Source of the DNA: a virus
Taxonomy: Duplodnaviria > Heunggongvirae > Uroviricota > Caudoviricetes
Direction: 5' to 3' (one strand)
Length of the DNA stretch: 64,000 nt
Virus record (IMG/VR): IMGVR_UViG_3300031994_000003
Coordinates: 194,820-258,819 of that record
Below, piece by piece: positions 9,810 to 18,910 of this stretch (the stretch's first letter is position 1; every line of letters starts with the position of its first letter). The notes below the pieces were generated by a model, which made no database searches, had not been told where the DNA came from, and saw only the letters and a program-made list of their open reading frames with translations. The translations under genes were made by a program, and so were the position numbers.

Positions 9810-12536
9810 TTATTCTCCTGTCTCTTCAAAATTATAAATTACGGTTTTATTTTTCATATACTCTGGATTATTTAACTTCTTTTTTGCTCCAGGTAATGCA
9901 ATTATATTCATTGGTACTGAATCAAATGCATCATTATGTGAAATAATAAATACTTGTTCAATATCTAATTTACGAATTTGAGAATCAAGGATATTAATAA
10001 ATGCTTCTCTGTTTCCATCATCTAATGCGCCATCAATCTCATCTAATGATAATACATTAAATCCTTGAATTGATTGTTCAATTAATGCTAATGAAATTGA
10101 AATTGTTGTTAATGCAATTTCACCTTGTGATGCATTCTTAATATCAGATTTAATAGAATCTCCTGTTCTAACTTGAATGAAGAAATCTTTTGGACCAGAT
10201 TCAAAATGAATTTCAAATTTTCCATTAAATGCAATATTTAATAATTCATTTGCAATAATTTCTGTCTTACCTAAATATGCTTTAACATATACTAAAGGAA
10301 TACCAGATCTTGGATCTAATGCATCCTTTATTATATCATAAACGACATATGTTTCATTTAATTCCTTTTCTTGTTTCTCTAAATCAGCAATATGTCTTAA
10401 TGCAACTTCAGAGTTAGTTATATCATCAGTAATCTTTGTTTTCTCGGATTGCTTTATTGATAATAACTGAGTTAAATTATTTCTATTTGAAGTTGCTTCA
10501 ATTTTCTTTGCTGATATATCTTCATATTTATCAATAAGCTTTTTATTAGCTTTTTGTGCATTAGTAATCTTTTCCATTTCATTTAAAGCAGAATTATAAT
10601 TAGTTAAATCTGTAATATAAACATCTAATGAAAAATTTTCTTGATTTAACTTATCTAATTGCTCTTTCTTATCAGCATATTCAATAGTATTTTTTTCAAG
10701 TTGTTTATCTATTTTTTTAATTTCATTAGTATATAAATCTATTACTTCTTTTGAATTATTGATTTTTTCTAATGTATTTGTATTTTGTTTAATTAAATCA
10801 TTAATATTTAATAATTTATTAAAAGAATCAATATAGATATCAACTTCATGCTTTATTAAATTAAATATTTCTTCTACTTCATTTAATGGCTTAGACATTA
10901 TTTCTACAATATTACCATAAGTATCAACTTGATATTTATAAATAATATTTTCACTTGCTGATAAATTTTTATAATATGCAGAAGTATTTCTAAATAAATT
11001 AATAACCTCATTTATCTGTTCTGCTTTATAATTTAAATCTTCTAAACTTACTTTAATATTTTCTATTTCAACTTCTAGATTTTCTATTTCAGATGGTAGA
11101 TTTTTATATTTTAATGCATCTGCAATAAATGGACATGAATCAATATTACATTCATGTGGTCTTTTTTCTAAAATATCTAATTTACCAAGATTTGCATTTT
11201 TAAATGAACATTCTTTAACCTTTTCATCTTTTAGCTTAGCTGTTTCAGTAATTGTATTTCTAGATAATTCTCTTTGAGCTGTTAATATTCTAGTACAATC
11301 ACGCTTAAAAAATAATTCAATATTTGTTAATTTTGGATCAATAGTATTAGATTTTAATTGATTATAATTTTGAATTAGAAATTGCATAAATGCAATATAT
11401 TTATTGAGTAATAATGGAAGACTATTAACATTTACTCCTTCAAAATATTTTATTATATTTAATTTTTCTAATTCTTTTGTAATCTTCTTTTTATTGTTTT
11501 CCAATTTAGTTAATTCTTTATTTAAACTATCTGAATTATCATCTGTTCCTGTTGATAGACCATTTAGTTTATATTGATTATTAATTTTTGCATTTTGATA
11601 TTCAATTGATTTATTTGATAGATCATGAATATCTTTTTCTAATGTCGCTATACTAATCTTATTTTTAACTAATATATCTTTTAATTTTTGAATATTATTT
11701 AAATCTGTATTGAAGTTTTCATTATTTATATTTTTAGATTCAATCATTTTAATAGTTGATTGAATTTGTTTTGCTGAATTTTCTAATTCTCCCATAGCAT
11801 TCTTTAGTTCAATATAATTAATTTCACTCATTTTTGTATTATAGTGTTCAATATTAGCACCAATAATAGCTTCTTCTTTAGATTTAGCAATAATTTCATT
11901 TTCGAGAGTCTTTAATTCTTCTTTAATTGTTTCTAAATGTGATGCAATCATTTCAGATTTATCATATTTAGTTAAATCCTTGGCCAAAGATTTAAGCTTA
12001 TCAGAATCAAGCTTATATTTTTTAGATACAGTGTCATAAACTTTTAGATATTTTTCAACTTCTGAAACAAATGTTGATATATATTCTTTTCTTTTAGTTG
12101 TAGAAAAATGAACGAAATTGTCAGTATTTGAACCAATCTTGCCTATATTAAAATATTCTTTAGTTATTCCAAGTTCGTCTCTGACTTTGTCTTCAAATAG
12201 TCTAATACCTCCGCCTGGATTTAACTCGACACCATCTTTTTCGATAAAGCTTCCGGCATGCTTACCGTAATAATGTCGTATTTTATAGACTGATTCATCA
12301 CTTATGATATCAATTTCTTTGCTTCCTTCTTCTCCATAGATAAGCTCTTTTCTATCATCAAATGTTTCTTTAAATGGATGTAATGTTGATAAGATCGTAG
12401 ATTTTCCACAACCATTTCCTCCATTTAATATAGTAAATTTATTGCCATTATCTGGAAAGAATATTTCTATTTCATCTTTATTCATTCCATCTTTAATACC
12501 AATGAAATTTACTAATTTTAATCTAGTGATTCTCAT
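9810..12536 (-). CDS. SbcC/Rad50-like SMC-family ATPase
   Basis: Walker A NGGNGCGKST, a long central coiled coil, the ABC signature SQGE, and Walker B/D-loop LSLDEIDGALD. Length is 908 aa. Confidence 0.75.
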   Translation of the reverse strand: MRITRLKLVNFIGIKDGMNKDEIEIFFPDNGNKFTILNGGNGCGKSTILSTLHPFKETFDDRKELIYGEEGSKEIDIISDESVYKIRHYYGKHAGSFIEKDGVELNPGGGIRLFEDKVRDELGITKEYFNIGKIGSNTDNFVHFSTTKRKEYISTFVSEVEKYLKVYDTVSKKYKLDSDKLKSLAKDLTKYDKSEMIASHLETIKEELKTLENEIIAKSKEEAIIGANIEHYNTKMSEINYIELKNAMGELENSAKQIQSTIKMIESKNINNENFNTDLNNIQKLKDILVKNKISIATLEKDIHDLSNKSIEYQNAKINNQYKLNGLSTGTDDNSDSLNKELTKLENNKKKITKELEKLNIIKYFEGVNVNSLPLLLNKYIAFMQFLIQNYNQLKSNTIDPKLTNIELFFKRDCTRILTAQRELSRNTITETAKLKDEKVKECSFKNANLGKLDILEKRPHECNIDSCPFIADALKYKNLPSEIENLEVEIENIKVSLEDLNYKAEQINEVINLFRNTSAYYKNLSASENIIYKYQVDTYGNIVEIMSKPLNEVEEIFNLIKHEVDIYIDSFNKLLNINDLIKQNTNTLEKINNSKEVIDLYTNEIKKIDKQLEKNTIEYADKKEQLDKLNQENFSLDVYITDLTNYNSALNEMEKITNAQKANKKLIDKYEDISAKKIEATSNRNNLTQLLSIKQSEKTKITDDITNSEVALRHIADLEKQEKELNETYVVYDIIKDALDPRSGIPLVYVKAYLGKTEIIANELLNIAFNGKFEIHFESGPKDFFIQVRTGDSIKSDIKNASQGEIALTTISISLALIEQSIQGFNVLSLDEIDGALDDGNREAFINILDSQIRKLDIEQVFIISHNDAFDSVPMNIIALPGAKKKLNNPEYMKNKTVIYNFEETGE

Positions 12537-12614
12537 TCTATCACCCTTTCTAAATTTTAATTATATAAGTCGTGCTTTATATAATCGTATATATAATATA
12601 TATAATAAAAAATT

Positions 12615-12644
12615 TTTAAAAAAAAGCAGAGATATACTCTGCTT
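12615..12644 (-). terminator. rho-independent terminator
   Basis: Hairpin GCAGAG-ATATA-CTCTGC with an adjacent A-run, which is a T-run on the minus transcript. Confidence 0.55.
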
Positions 12645-12648
12645 ATTA

Positions 12649-12927
12649 TTATTCATTTTCTGCAACAAGATTATATACTTTTGCATCTTCCATATCAAAG
12701 AAGAAACTTTCATTTTCTAATGTATCGTCAAGTGCAAATTCCATTTCGGGATTTGACTCTGGATACATTTGTATTAGTATTTTTTCTGATTCATCTGCAA
12801 ATCTAGAGGACTCTTTTATAATACATTTAACAATTTCTTGCTCTAGAAAAATATTTTCTAATTCTCCTCTAACATATACAACCGTTCCTGGTGCAAATCT
12901 TTCTAATTCTTTATCTGTGTCTGCCAT
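12649..12927 (-). CDS. hypothetical acidic protein (92 aa)
   Basis: Intact ORF between the phosphoesterase and the SbcC-like gene. Confidence 0.35.
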   Translation of the reverse strand: MADTDKELERFAPGTVVYVRGELENIFLEQEIVKCIIKESSRFADESEKILIQMYPESNPEMEFALDDTLENESFFFDMEDAKVYNLVAENE

Positions 12928-13808
12928 TTTGTCATTTCCTCCATTATGTTATCTCTAATTCTAAGTTCAATATCTCTAATTGCACACTCTTGACTTTTTT
13001 CAACAGAATCATATATTGGATATTTATCAAAAATATCTTGATAATCTGTTAAATGAGTATTAACTCTGTAGTCAATATCAAGTGATTTAAATATAGGGTT
13101 AAAAATATTTGCTAGTTCAAATATTTTTTCTTGTTCCTTTCCATTTCTAAGAACAGGTATTAGTTCCTTTTCTGGATATGATAAATAAGAATGATAATAT
13201 GCTACCCCGCCTTTTGCAGTAACAATTAAATCAGTAATATCATATTTATCAGCATACCATTCTCTTAAGAATTGAGCTTTTGGCCCAGTTTCTTTATCAT
13301 TATATTCAAAGGATCTTGCATATCTGTCAATATCTTCTAAATCTAATAATTTATATTTTGTTTCATGAACATTTGCATTAATATAATGCGGATCTTTTAA
13401 TCTCGAATTATGTAAATGCCCATGAACATTTATAAAGTATCTTGTATCTAGCATCATTGGCTGATGTGATGCATATACTCTATCAGTTAAGGGAATTCCT
13501 GTTGGATATACCTCATCAAAGAATTCCCTATAATAATCTGGAGAACGTTCATCATGATTTCCCATGACCAATACTTTATAACATTTTAAATGTTTAATAA
13601 AATCTTGCCAATCTTCTCCAAGATCTCCTAATAATAACAATGTATTTCCACCAGAAACACCTTGTTTTATTAATTTCTTTATTGCATTATCATGATCTTC
13701 TTGAGATGCAAAATGACTTCTTTCACTTCTCCAAATATCTCCATCATTAAAATGCGGATCAGATATTATCTTAATACGGCCAGGCCAATTTGGAAATACC
13801 TTTCTCAT
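12903..13808 (-). CDS. calcineurin-like metallophosphoesterase (Mre11/SbcD-like nuclease or RNA-end phosphoesterase)
   Basis: Motifs DPH, GDLGED, GNHDE and HGHLH. The 301 aa protein is adjacent to an RNA-ligase-like gene and near the SbcC-like gene. Confidence 0.6.
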   Translation of the reverse strand: MRKVFPNWPGRIKIISDPHFNDGDIWRSERSHFASQEDHDNAIKKLIKQGVSGGNTLLLLGDLGEDWQDFIKHLKCYKVLVMGNHDERSPDYYREFFDEVYPTGIPLTDRVYASHQPMMLDTRYFINVHGHLHNSRLKDPHYINANVHETKYKLLDLEDIDRYARSFEYNDKETGPKAQFLREWYADKYDITDLIVTAKGGVAYYHSYLSYPEKELIPVLRNGKEQEKIFELANIFNPIFKSLDIDYRVNTHLTDYQDIFDKYPIYDSVEKSQECAIRDIELRIRDNIMEEMTKWQTQIKN

Positions 13809-13820
13809 TAGTTCTCCTTT

Positions 13821-15017
13821 CTATCCATTGTGTTTTAATAGATATTCGCGTGAAACATTTTTAAATGAAAGTGTTTCATCAGTTGCTGATCTATATACAA
13901 AACCCTCACGCTTAACATTAGGATTAATTTTTGAATATCCATCAGCTTGTAATTTTAATTCTTCCATTGTATCTGGAAGTATATATTCAATATCAATAAT
14001 TGGAACCCACTCAATATTATCAATCTTACAAGAATCAAATAATGATATCGATTCGATTGGATTTAATCTTCTTACTTTATATTGATTCTTTTCTTTATTT
14101 CCTAATTTTAAATTAAATCCTCTAAATTCAAGACCTTTAATTTTATATGGATTACCTTGAATATCTCGACCATATGTTTCACCTTGTAAAATTACAATCT
14201 TTGAATTTGTTTCTCTACCAATTTTTACTAATGCATTTTCAATATTATATTGTTTTGCAATAGTATTATATACAGAATCTTCATTTAAGAACATTCTATT
14301 ATTTCTTGAACAAATTATAAAATTCCATTTTGTTTTCTTGCTATTTAAAAATTCAATAGCATATGTTGATGATGTTCCATCAACTTTTTCTGTAACAATT
14401 AAAGGTTGTTTATAATTTAAAATTTCAGGAATATTTTCACATCTTGTTTCATCAGTCTTTTTAATCCAAACAGGAAATTGTTTCTTAAACTTTAATTCCT
14501 CTTGTTTCTTTCTTATGAAATATTGTCTAATTTTAGGATGCTTATTAACAAATTTTTCAAACCATTTAAATCTAAACTTTAAAACAATCTTTCTTTCACC
14601 TTGTTTTCTTAAGAAGATTTCCTCAGCTGTTTCAATTTTCTTAATTCCTAAAACTTCTGTAACATCACGACCAATTGATAGATCTTCACCTAACTCAGGA
14701 AATAATGTGACAGGTAATGCTAGACCTTGTGAGATTACTCCAAATTTATTAAATTTTAATGTTTTAACCTTAAATCCTTTATTAGCTAAAAATGCGAATC
14801 TTGCATCAGCATCAGATACCTTTGAATCTATTTCAATATAAACACATTTATCTCCAATGTTAAATTCACCTTTCTTAGCAATTAAATTCCAGCCTAAAAC
14901 TGTGATTTTTTCAATAGCATCTGCACCATCAATTGATTCAATTGAATTAACCTTTTCAATATGTGCTAATGCTCTATTTTTTTCTTCGTTTTGATCTTTT
15001 ACTGTATAGATTTCCAT
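13821..15017 (-). CDS. ATP-dependent polynucleotide ligase (RNA ligase-like nucleotidyltransferase)
   Basis: The lysine-adenylation motif KxDG (TEKVDGTSSTYA) is present. It is preceded by a roughly 200 aa N-terminal domain, as in DraRnl-type RNA ligases. There is no KxDGxR arginine. Confidence 0.5.
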   Translation of the reverse strand: MEIYTVKDQNEEKNRALAHIEKVNSIESIDGADAIEKITVLGWNLIAKKGEFNIGDKCVYIEIDSKVSDADARFAFLANKGFKVKTLKFNKFGVISQGLALPVTLFPELGEDLSIGRDVTEVLGIKKIETAEEIFLRKQGERKIVLKFRFKWFEKFVNKHPKIRQYFIRKKQEELKFKKQFPVWIKKTDETRCENIPEILNYKQPLIVTEKVDGTSSTYAIEFLNSKKTKWNFIICSRNNRMFLNEDSVYNTIAKQYNIENALVKIGRETNSKIVILQGETYGRDIQGNPYKIKGLEFRGFNLKLGNKEKNQYKVRRLNPIESISLFDSCKIDNIEWVPIIDIEYILPDTMEELKLQADGYSKINPNVKREGFVYRSATDETLSFKNVSREYLLKHNG

Positions 15018-15183
15018 TATTTTTATCCTTCTTGTTATCTTTATAATTATAATATAAAATAATGTTTATTATATATATTGCTATAATAATACACACTATT
15101 ACTAAAAATATTATTCCTAATACCATAGATAATATATCCATAATATCACCTCATAATATTAATACGTAAAAAAATAGAAGCAA

Positions 15184-16647
15184 TTATGCTTCTATTTTTA
15201 CTACGTCATATCTTGGATCAGATAATACTTTCATCATATATTCATATGGTGTTGTATTTAATGAACCAAGTAAAGTCTTGAAAATTGATGCTGATGCACC
15301 AGATACAAGTTGAACGCCTTTCTTTGAAGTATCTGCTAAATGGAAAACCTCTTGACGAGAATTAACATTCCAGAATACAATTCCAGGAATCTTATAACCA
15401 GCATCTTCAAACTTAGCTTTTGTAATATCATAAAACTTTGTAAAACCACGTTCAACTGCACTATCAAATTCCATATCTGAAATTATGATTAATGACTTTG
15501 GCATATCCTTTTGTGGTGCATTTGCCTTAACAGCAGTATCTAAAATTAACTCCATTGCCTTAATGATGTCTGTAGATCCACCCCAGTCGGCACGCATAGT
15601 AGTGCCAATCTTAGCTTTTAATGTAGTTAATTTAGCAAGAGAAACAAATGCGGGTCTAGTGGAGAATGTTAAGAATAAATCTTTAAATGCTCCAACATTA
15701 TGTTCAGCAAAATAAATTGCTAAACCAACAGCCGTATCAATTGGTTGGCCACCATCCCATGTCATAGAACCAGAGGTATCTGCCATAACCAATACATTGT
15801 TTTCTCCATCAATGTAGTTTGGTAAAGCCTTCCATTGCTCTTCTGCTAATGCATCACCTTTCAATGAAGAACGCACTATATCATATGGATATAATACACT
15901 AGCATTTACCTTAGTCTTTCCAGCTTTTAAATCTGCAAGATATTTTTGATATCTTTCTGTATCATGACGCATAAATGCTGCTGAATATTTCTTCATTGCA
16001 TATGCTGGAACTTTAGAGTAATCGATATCAGTATAGTTCTTTTCAACTAACTTAGATTCAACAATATTAATTTTCTTTCTTAATACTGTTAATGCTTTAC
16101 GATATTCTCTTGGTGTCATATTAAAATGACCATATGTCTTTCTAGCTAATTTCATAGCCTTTCGAGAAGCATTTTCAGATTTTAACCATTTTCCTAATAA
16201 AGAAACTTGCTTGTTATTTTTTGCATTTTCAATATCTTCTTTGAATTGATGTAATAAGAAATCATATGCTTCCTTTTCAATTAAAGTGCCATCAAACGCA
16301 TAACATAAATCCCATCTATTAAACTCAGCAATTAAACCAATATTTAATTTCATTACTTCTGGGTCATTATTAGCTAACCATCTTAGGATCATAGAAGTTG
16401 CTCTTCTTTCACCTAAACCTCTACGAATATCAGCAGCATAGAATAAACATTTTAAAGCAATAAGCTTATCTGTATTATATGCTTTTTCAAAAATTTCTAA
16501 ACACTTTTCTTGATCAAGTGTTCTCATTGCACCAATGGTACCAAATAAATCTACTAAGAAATCATTTGTTGATTTATATGCCTCCATACCATTTTCTGTG
16601 ACTGTTTCATTTTGTTGAGCCATAGCTCCTTTAATAAATTTGTTCAT
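15184..16647 (-). CDS. vWA-domain protein with Ro60/TROVE-like architecture
   Basis: A helical N-terminal region is followed by the MIDAS motif DTSGSM and a vWA-like C-terminus. Length is 487 aa. Confidence 0.45.
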   Translation of the reverse strand: MNKFIKGAMAQQNETVTENGMEAYKSTNDFLVDLFGTIGAMRTLDQEKCLEIFEKAYNTDKLIALKCLFYAADIRRGLGERRATSMILRWLANNDPEVMKLNIGLIAEFNRWDLCYAFDGTLIEKEAYDFLLHQFKEDIENAKNNKQVSLLGKWLKSENASRKAMKLARKTYGHFNMTPREYRKALTVLRKKINIVESKLVEKNYTDIDYSKVPAYAMKKYSAAFMRHDTERYQKYLADLKAGKTKVNASVLYPYDIVRSSLKGDALAEEQWKALPNYIDGENNVLVMADTSGSMTWDGGQPIDTAVGLAIYFAEHNVGAFKDLFLTFSTRPAFVSLAKLTTLKAKIGTTMRADWGGSTDIIKAMELILDTAVKANAPQKDMPKSLIIISDMEFDSAVERGFTKFYDITKAKFEDAGYKIPGIVFWNVNSRQEVFHLADTSKKGVQLVSGASASIFKTLLGSLNTTPYEYMMKVLSDPRYDVVKIEA

Positions 16648-16698
16648 AATTATTACCTTTCCTTTTCTTTTATTTTTTATAATTTATTAATTTTATTT

Positions 16699-16773
16699 TG
16701 GTGACCCCAGCAGGATTCGAACCTGCGATGGCAGATAGAAAGTCTGCTGACTTAGCCACTTGTCGATGGGGCC
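16699..16773 (-). tRNA. tRNA, probably Glu (anticodon TTC; a TCT reading is possible)
   Basis: Cloverleaf GGCCCCA...GCAGA-CTTTCTA-TCTGC...GCAGG-TTCGAAT-CCTGC-TGGGGTC-A-CCA with the CCA encoded. Position 37 is a U, which is unusual. Confidence 0.7.
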
Positions 16774-17038
16774 AAAAAAAGATGAGATATTACATCTCAT
16801 CTTTTGGAGGTAGGTATATGTTATAATTATTATCAGATCATATGGCAAATATATAATATGCTCATTCGTGATGTGCTTATATATTTCAGCATGCAAATCC
16901 ATATGTCCGTAAATCTTTTCAACAATAATTATAACATGCGCATATCTAGATACTTTTTGATTTACTTTTAACCCTAATTTTTAATATTGTTCTTCATGGT
17001 ATAAAAAATATTTTTTTGATTTTTTGTATTTTGTAACA

Positions 17039-17056
17039 TTGCTGTGTGTATCTAAT
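17039..17056 (+). repeat. direct repeat copy 1 TTGCTGTGTGTATCTAAT
   Basis: One of four copies of the motif TTGCTGT-RYGTAYCTAWW in the 640 bp intergenic region. Each copy is preceded by a T-tract. Confidence 0.6.
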
Positions 17057-17133
17057 GCGTATTGTTTATTATGCTAGGTACTTAAAATTAACAGTATTAT
17101 CCCAAATATAATCGTTATCTTTTAAATTAATCA

Positions 17134-17151
17134 TTGCTGTATGTACCTATA
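17134..17151 (+). repeat. direct repeat copy 2 TTGCTGTATGTACCTATA
   Basis: See copy 1. Spacing from copy 1 is about 95 bp. Confidence 0.6.
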
Positions 17152-17215
17152 TAATAGTAATATGTTTAAGGAATTTACTAGATACAAAAAACTTCACCCT
17201 AGTTCTTTTTTTTAT

Positions 17216-17233
17216 TTGCTGTACGTATCTAAT
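17216..17233 (+). repeat. direct repeat copy 3 TTGCTGTACGTATCTAAT
   Basis: See copy 1. Spacing from copy 2 is about 82 bp. Confidence 0.6.
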
Positions 17234-17321
17234 CCTTTATTCCTTATTTATTTTTCCCTTCCCAAAATAAGTTACTAGGTACAAAAAATATTTGTGTTGA
17301 AGACAAACTTTCTGAAATTTT

Positions 17322-17339
17322 TTGCTGTATGTACCTATA
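17322..17339 (+). repeat. direct repeat copy 4 TTGCTGTATGTACCTATA
   Basis: See copy 1. Spacing from copy 3 is about 106 bp. It is followed by GGAAAGGAGG. Confidence 0.6.
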
Positions 17340-17547
17340 GGAAAGGAGGTTCTATATTGTATAGAAGATAAGAAAGTAATCAAAGATCATAGATCTTTTT
17401 TATTGGAGGAAATCAATTTATTAAATATCTTATATTATTTAATATTTTTCTTTCTTCTATACACAATTATAATATATACTTAAAAATAAATTTATAAATT
17501 TAAGTATATATATTTTATTGTTCATATCACTTTTTTTAAAAATATTT

Positions 17548-18141
17548 TTATTTCTTTTCAGTCTTAATTGAATTCAATATTTTTGAATATTTCTTTTTAT
17601 CTTCGATAGTATATCTGTCACTTATAAAATCAGAATAATTAATTTTACTTTGTGGGCCAATAATATGTTCTTTATCATCATCAGTAAATTCTAATAATGA
17701 TAAATATCTACGAACATTAGTAGCAGATATTTTAATCATATTTCTACTAATAATCATTTCATTTAAATCAAAAACATCTTTATTTATCCAATTACTTCTA
17801 TTTTCCTCTATTCCTCTAATACAGAAATCAGGATATTCTCCACAATAGAATTTAATTGTATTCATCACATATTTACCCCACTCAGGAACATATCCGATTC
17901 CAATATCAAATATTGGCACGATTATTAATCTATCTTTACCATAGATTTTTTCTAACATTTCCTTACGTTCGTCAAATGTAAATGGGCATCGTTCAGTTCT
18001 AGATTCATTTGAAGATCCTAAAACCACAACGAATTTTTCACATAAATCTAAACCAAGATTAATTAATTGCTCATGGCCTTTATGAACAAATTGAAATCGC
18101 CCAACAATAAAACCTAATTTAAATTTTTTCATTATTTCCAT
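17548..18141 (-). CDS. nicotinamide/nicotinate mononucleotide adenylyltransferase (NadM/NadR-type)
   Basis: Nucleotidyltransferase motifs GRFQFVHKGH (HxGH) and ISATNVR. Length is 197 aa. Confidence 0.75.
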   Translation of the reverse strand: MEIMKKFKLGFIVGRFQFVHKGHEQLINLGLDLCEKFVVVLGSSNESRTERCPFTFDERKEMLEKIYGKDRLIIVPIFDIGIGYVPEWGKYVMNTIKFYCGEYPDFCIRGIEENRSNWINKDVFDLNEMIISRNMIKISATNVRRYLSLLEFTDDDKEHIIGPQSKINYSDFISDRYTIEDKKKYSKILNSIKTEKK

Positions 18142-18147
18142 CTCCAG

Positions 18148-18354
18148 TTACTCTATTATTTTAATAAGATAAATTCCAGAATATGAATTATAATTCATAA
18201 TATATTGAATATTATTTTCTTCACAATAATCTCTGATTTCATTAAATAAATCTTCATCAATTGTTGCTATGATGCCATCAGATGGCAAGGAAGAATATCG
18301 CTCAGAATATTCTTCCTTATTAATTACATTATTAAATACTTTATCAAAATGCAT
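18148..18354 (-). CDS. hypothetical protein (68 aa)
   Basis: Small intact ORF inside the NAD operon. Confidence 0.3.
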   Translation of the reverse strand: MHFDKVFNNVINKEEYSERYSSLPSDGIIATIDEDLFNEIRDYCEENNIQYIMNYNSYSGIYLIKIIE

Positions 18355-18356
18355 AA

Positions 18357-18908
18357 TTATTCAATAATATCAATATGCCACATCTTCATTGCTTCCAATG
18401 CGTTCTTATGAGATTCAGGAGTTACACAAGCACAACATCTTTCAACAATTGAAATATGAGATTCTGGGGCTGCGGCCTTAATACCACTAGCTTGATTATC
18501 TACGCAGATACCTGTACAATATCCAAAAATCTTAAAATCTAATGTTGGCCCATATTTCTTAACAAGTTTCTTTAGAACTTTACTCCATTTATCATAACCA
18601 AAAGATTTCTTATTAATAATCTTTACTTTACATTTATTTTCTTTTTGTTTCTTAAGAACGGCGTCCATAACTTCTTTTTTAATTTGCCATCCTTCAGTTC
18701 CTTTGATGCAATGTTCAACTGGTAATCTACTACCTTCCATTGTATTCATATAATTCTTATCATGAGTATCTCTGGTTAAGAAGATATACTTGCCTTTAAA
18801 ATTATTAATTTCCTCTATAATATTAGGAATTCTTTTAATGGCTTCTTCATTTCTTAATGCTCCATCGATAAAATCATTTTGTACATCTACAATTACTAAT
18901 ACTTCCAT
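18357..18908 (-). CDS. pncA: nicotinamidase, isochorismatase family (PncA-like)
   Basis: VLVIVDVQNDF, a metal-binding DTHD stretch, and the catalytic Cys in GYCTGICV. It is adjacent to pncB. Confidence 0.7.
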   Translation of the reverse strand: MEVLVIVDVQNDFIDGALRNEEAIKRIPNIIEEINNFKGKYIFLTRDTHDKNYMNTMEGSRLPVEHCIKGTEGWQIKKEVMDAVLKKQKENKCKVKIINKKSFGYDKWSKVLKKLVKKYGPTLDFKIFGYCTGICVDNQASGIKAAAPESHISIVERCCACVTPESHKNALEAMKMWHIDIIE

Positions 18909-18910
18909 AA

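Noticed and set aside
12903-13808. Confident assignment of the 301 aa metallophosphoesterase as SbcD/Mre11.
   Set aside because: Only the generic calcineurin-like motifs are visible. It is separated from the SbcC-like gene by another ORF and is adjacent to an RNA-ligase-like gene. It is kept as a generic phosphoesterase with two hypotheses.
16699-16773. Alternative reading of the isolated tRNA as tRNA-Arg(TCT).
   Set aside because: With the best 5 bp anticodon stem (GCAGA/TCTGC) the 7-nt loop is CTTTCTA, which places TTC at positions 34-36 (Glu). TCT would require a shifted or 8-nt loop. The call is kept as probable Glu with lowered confidence.
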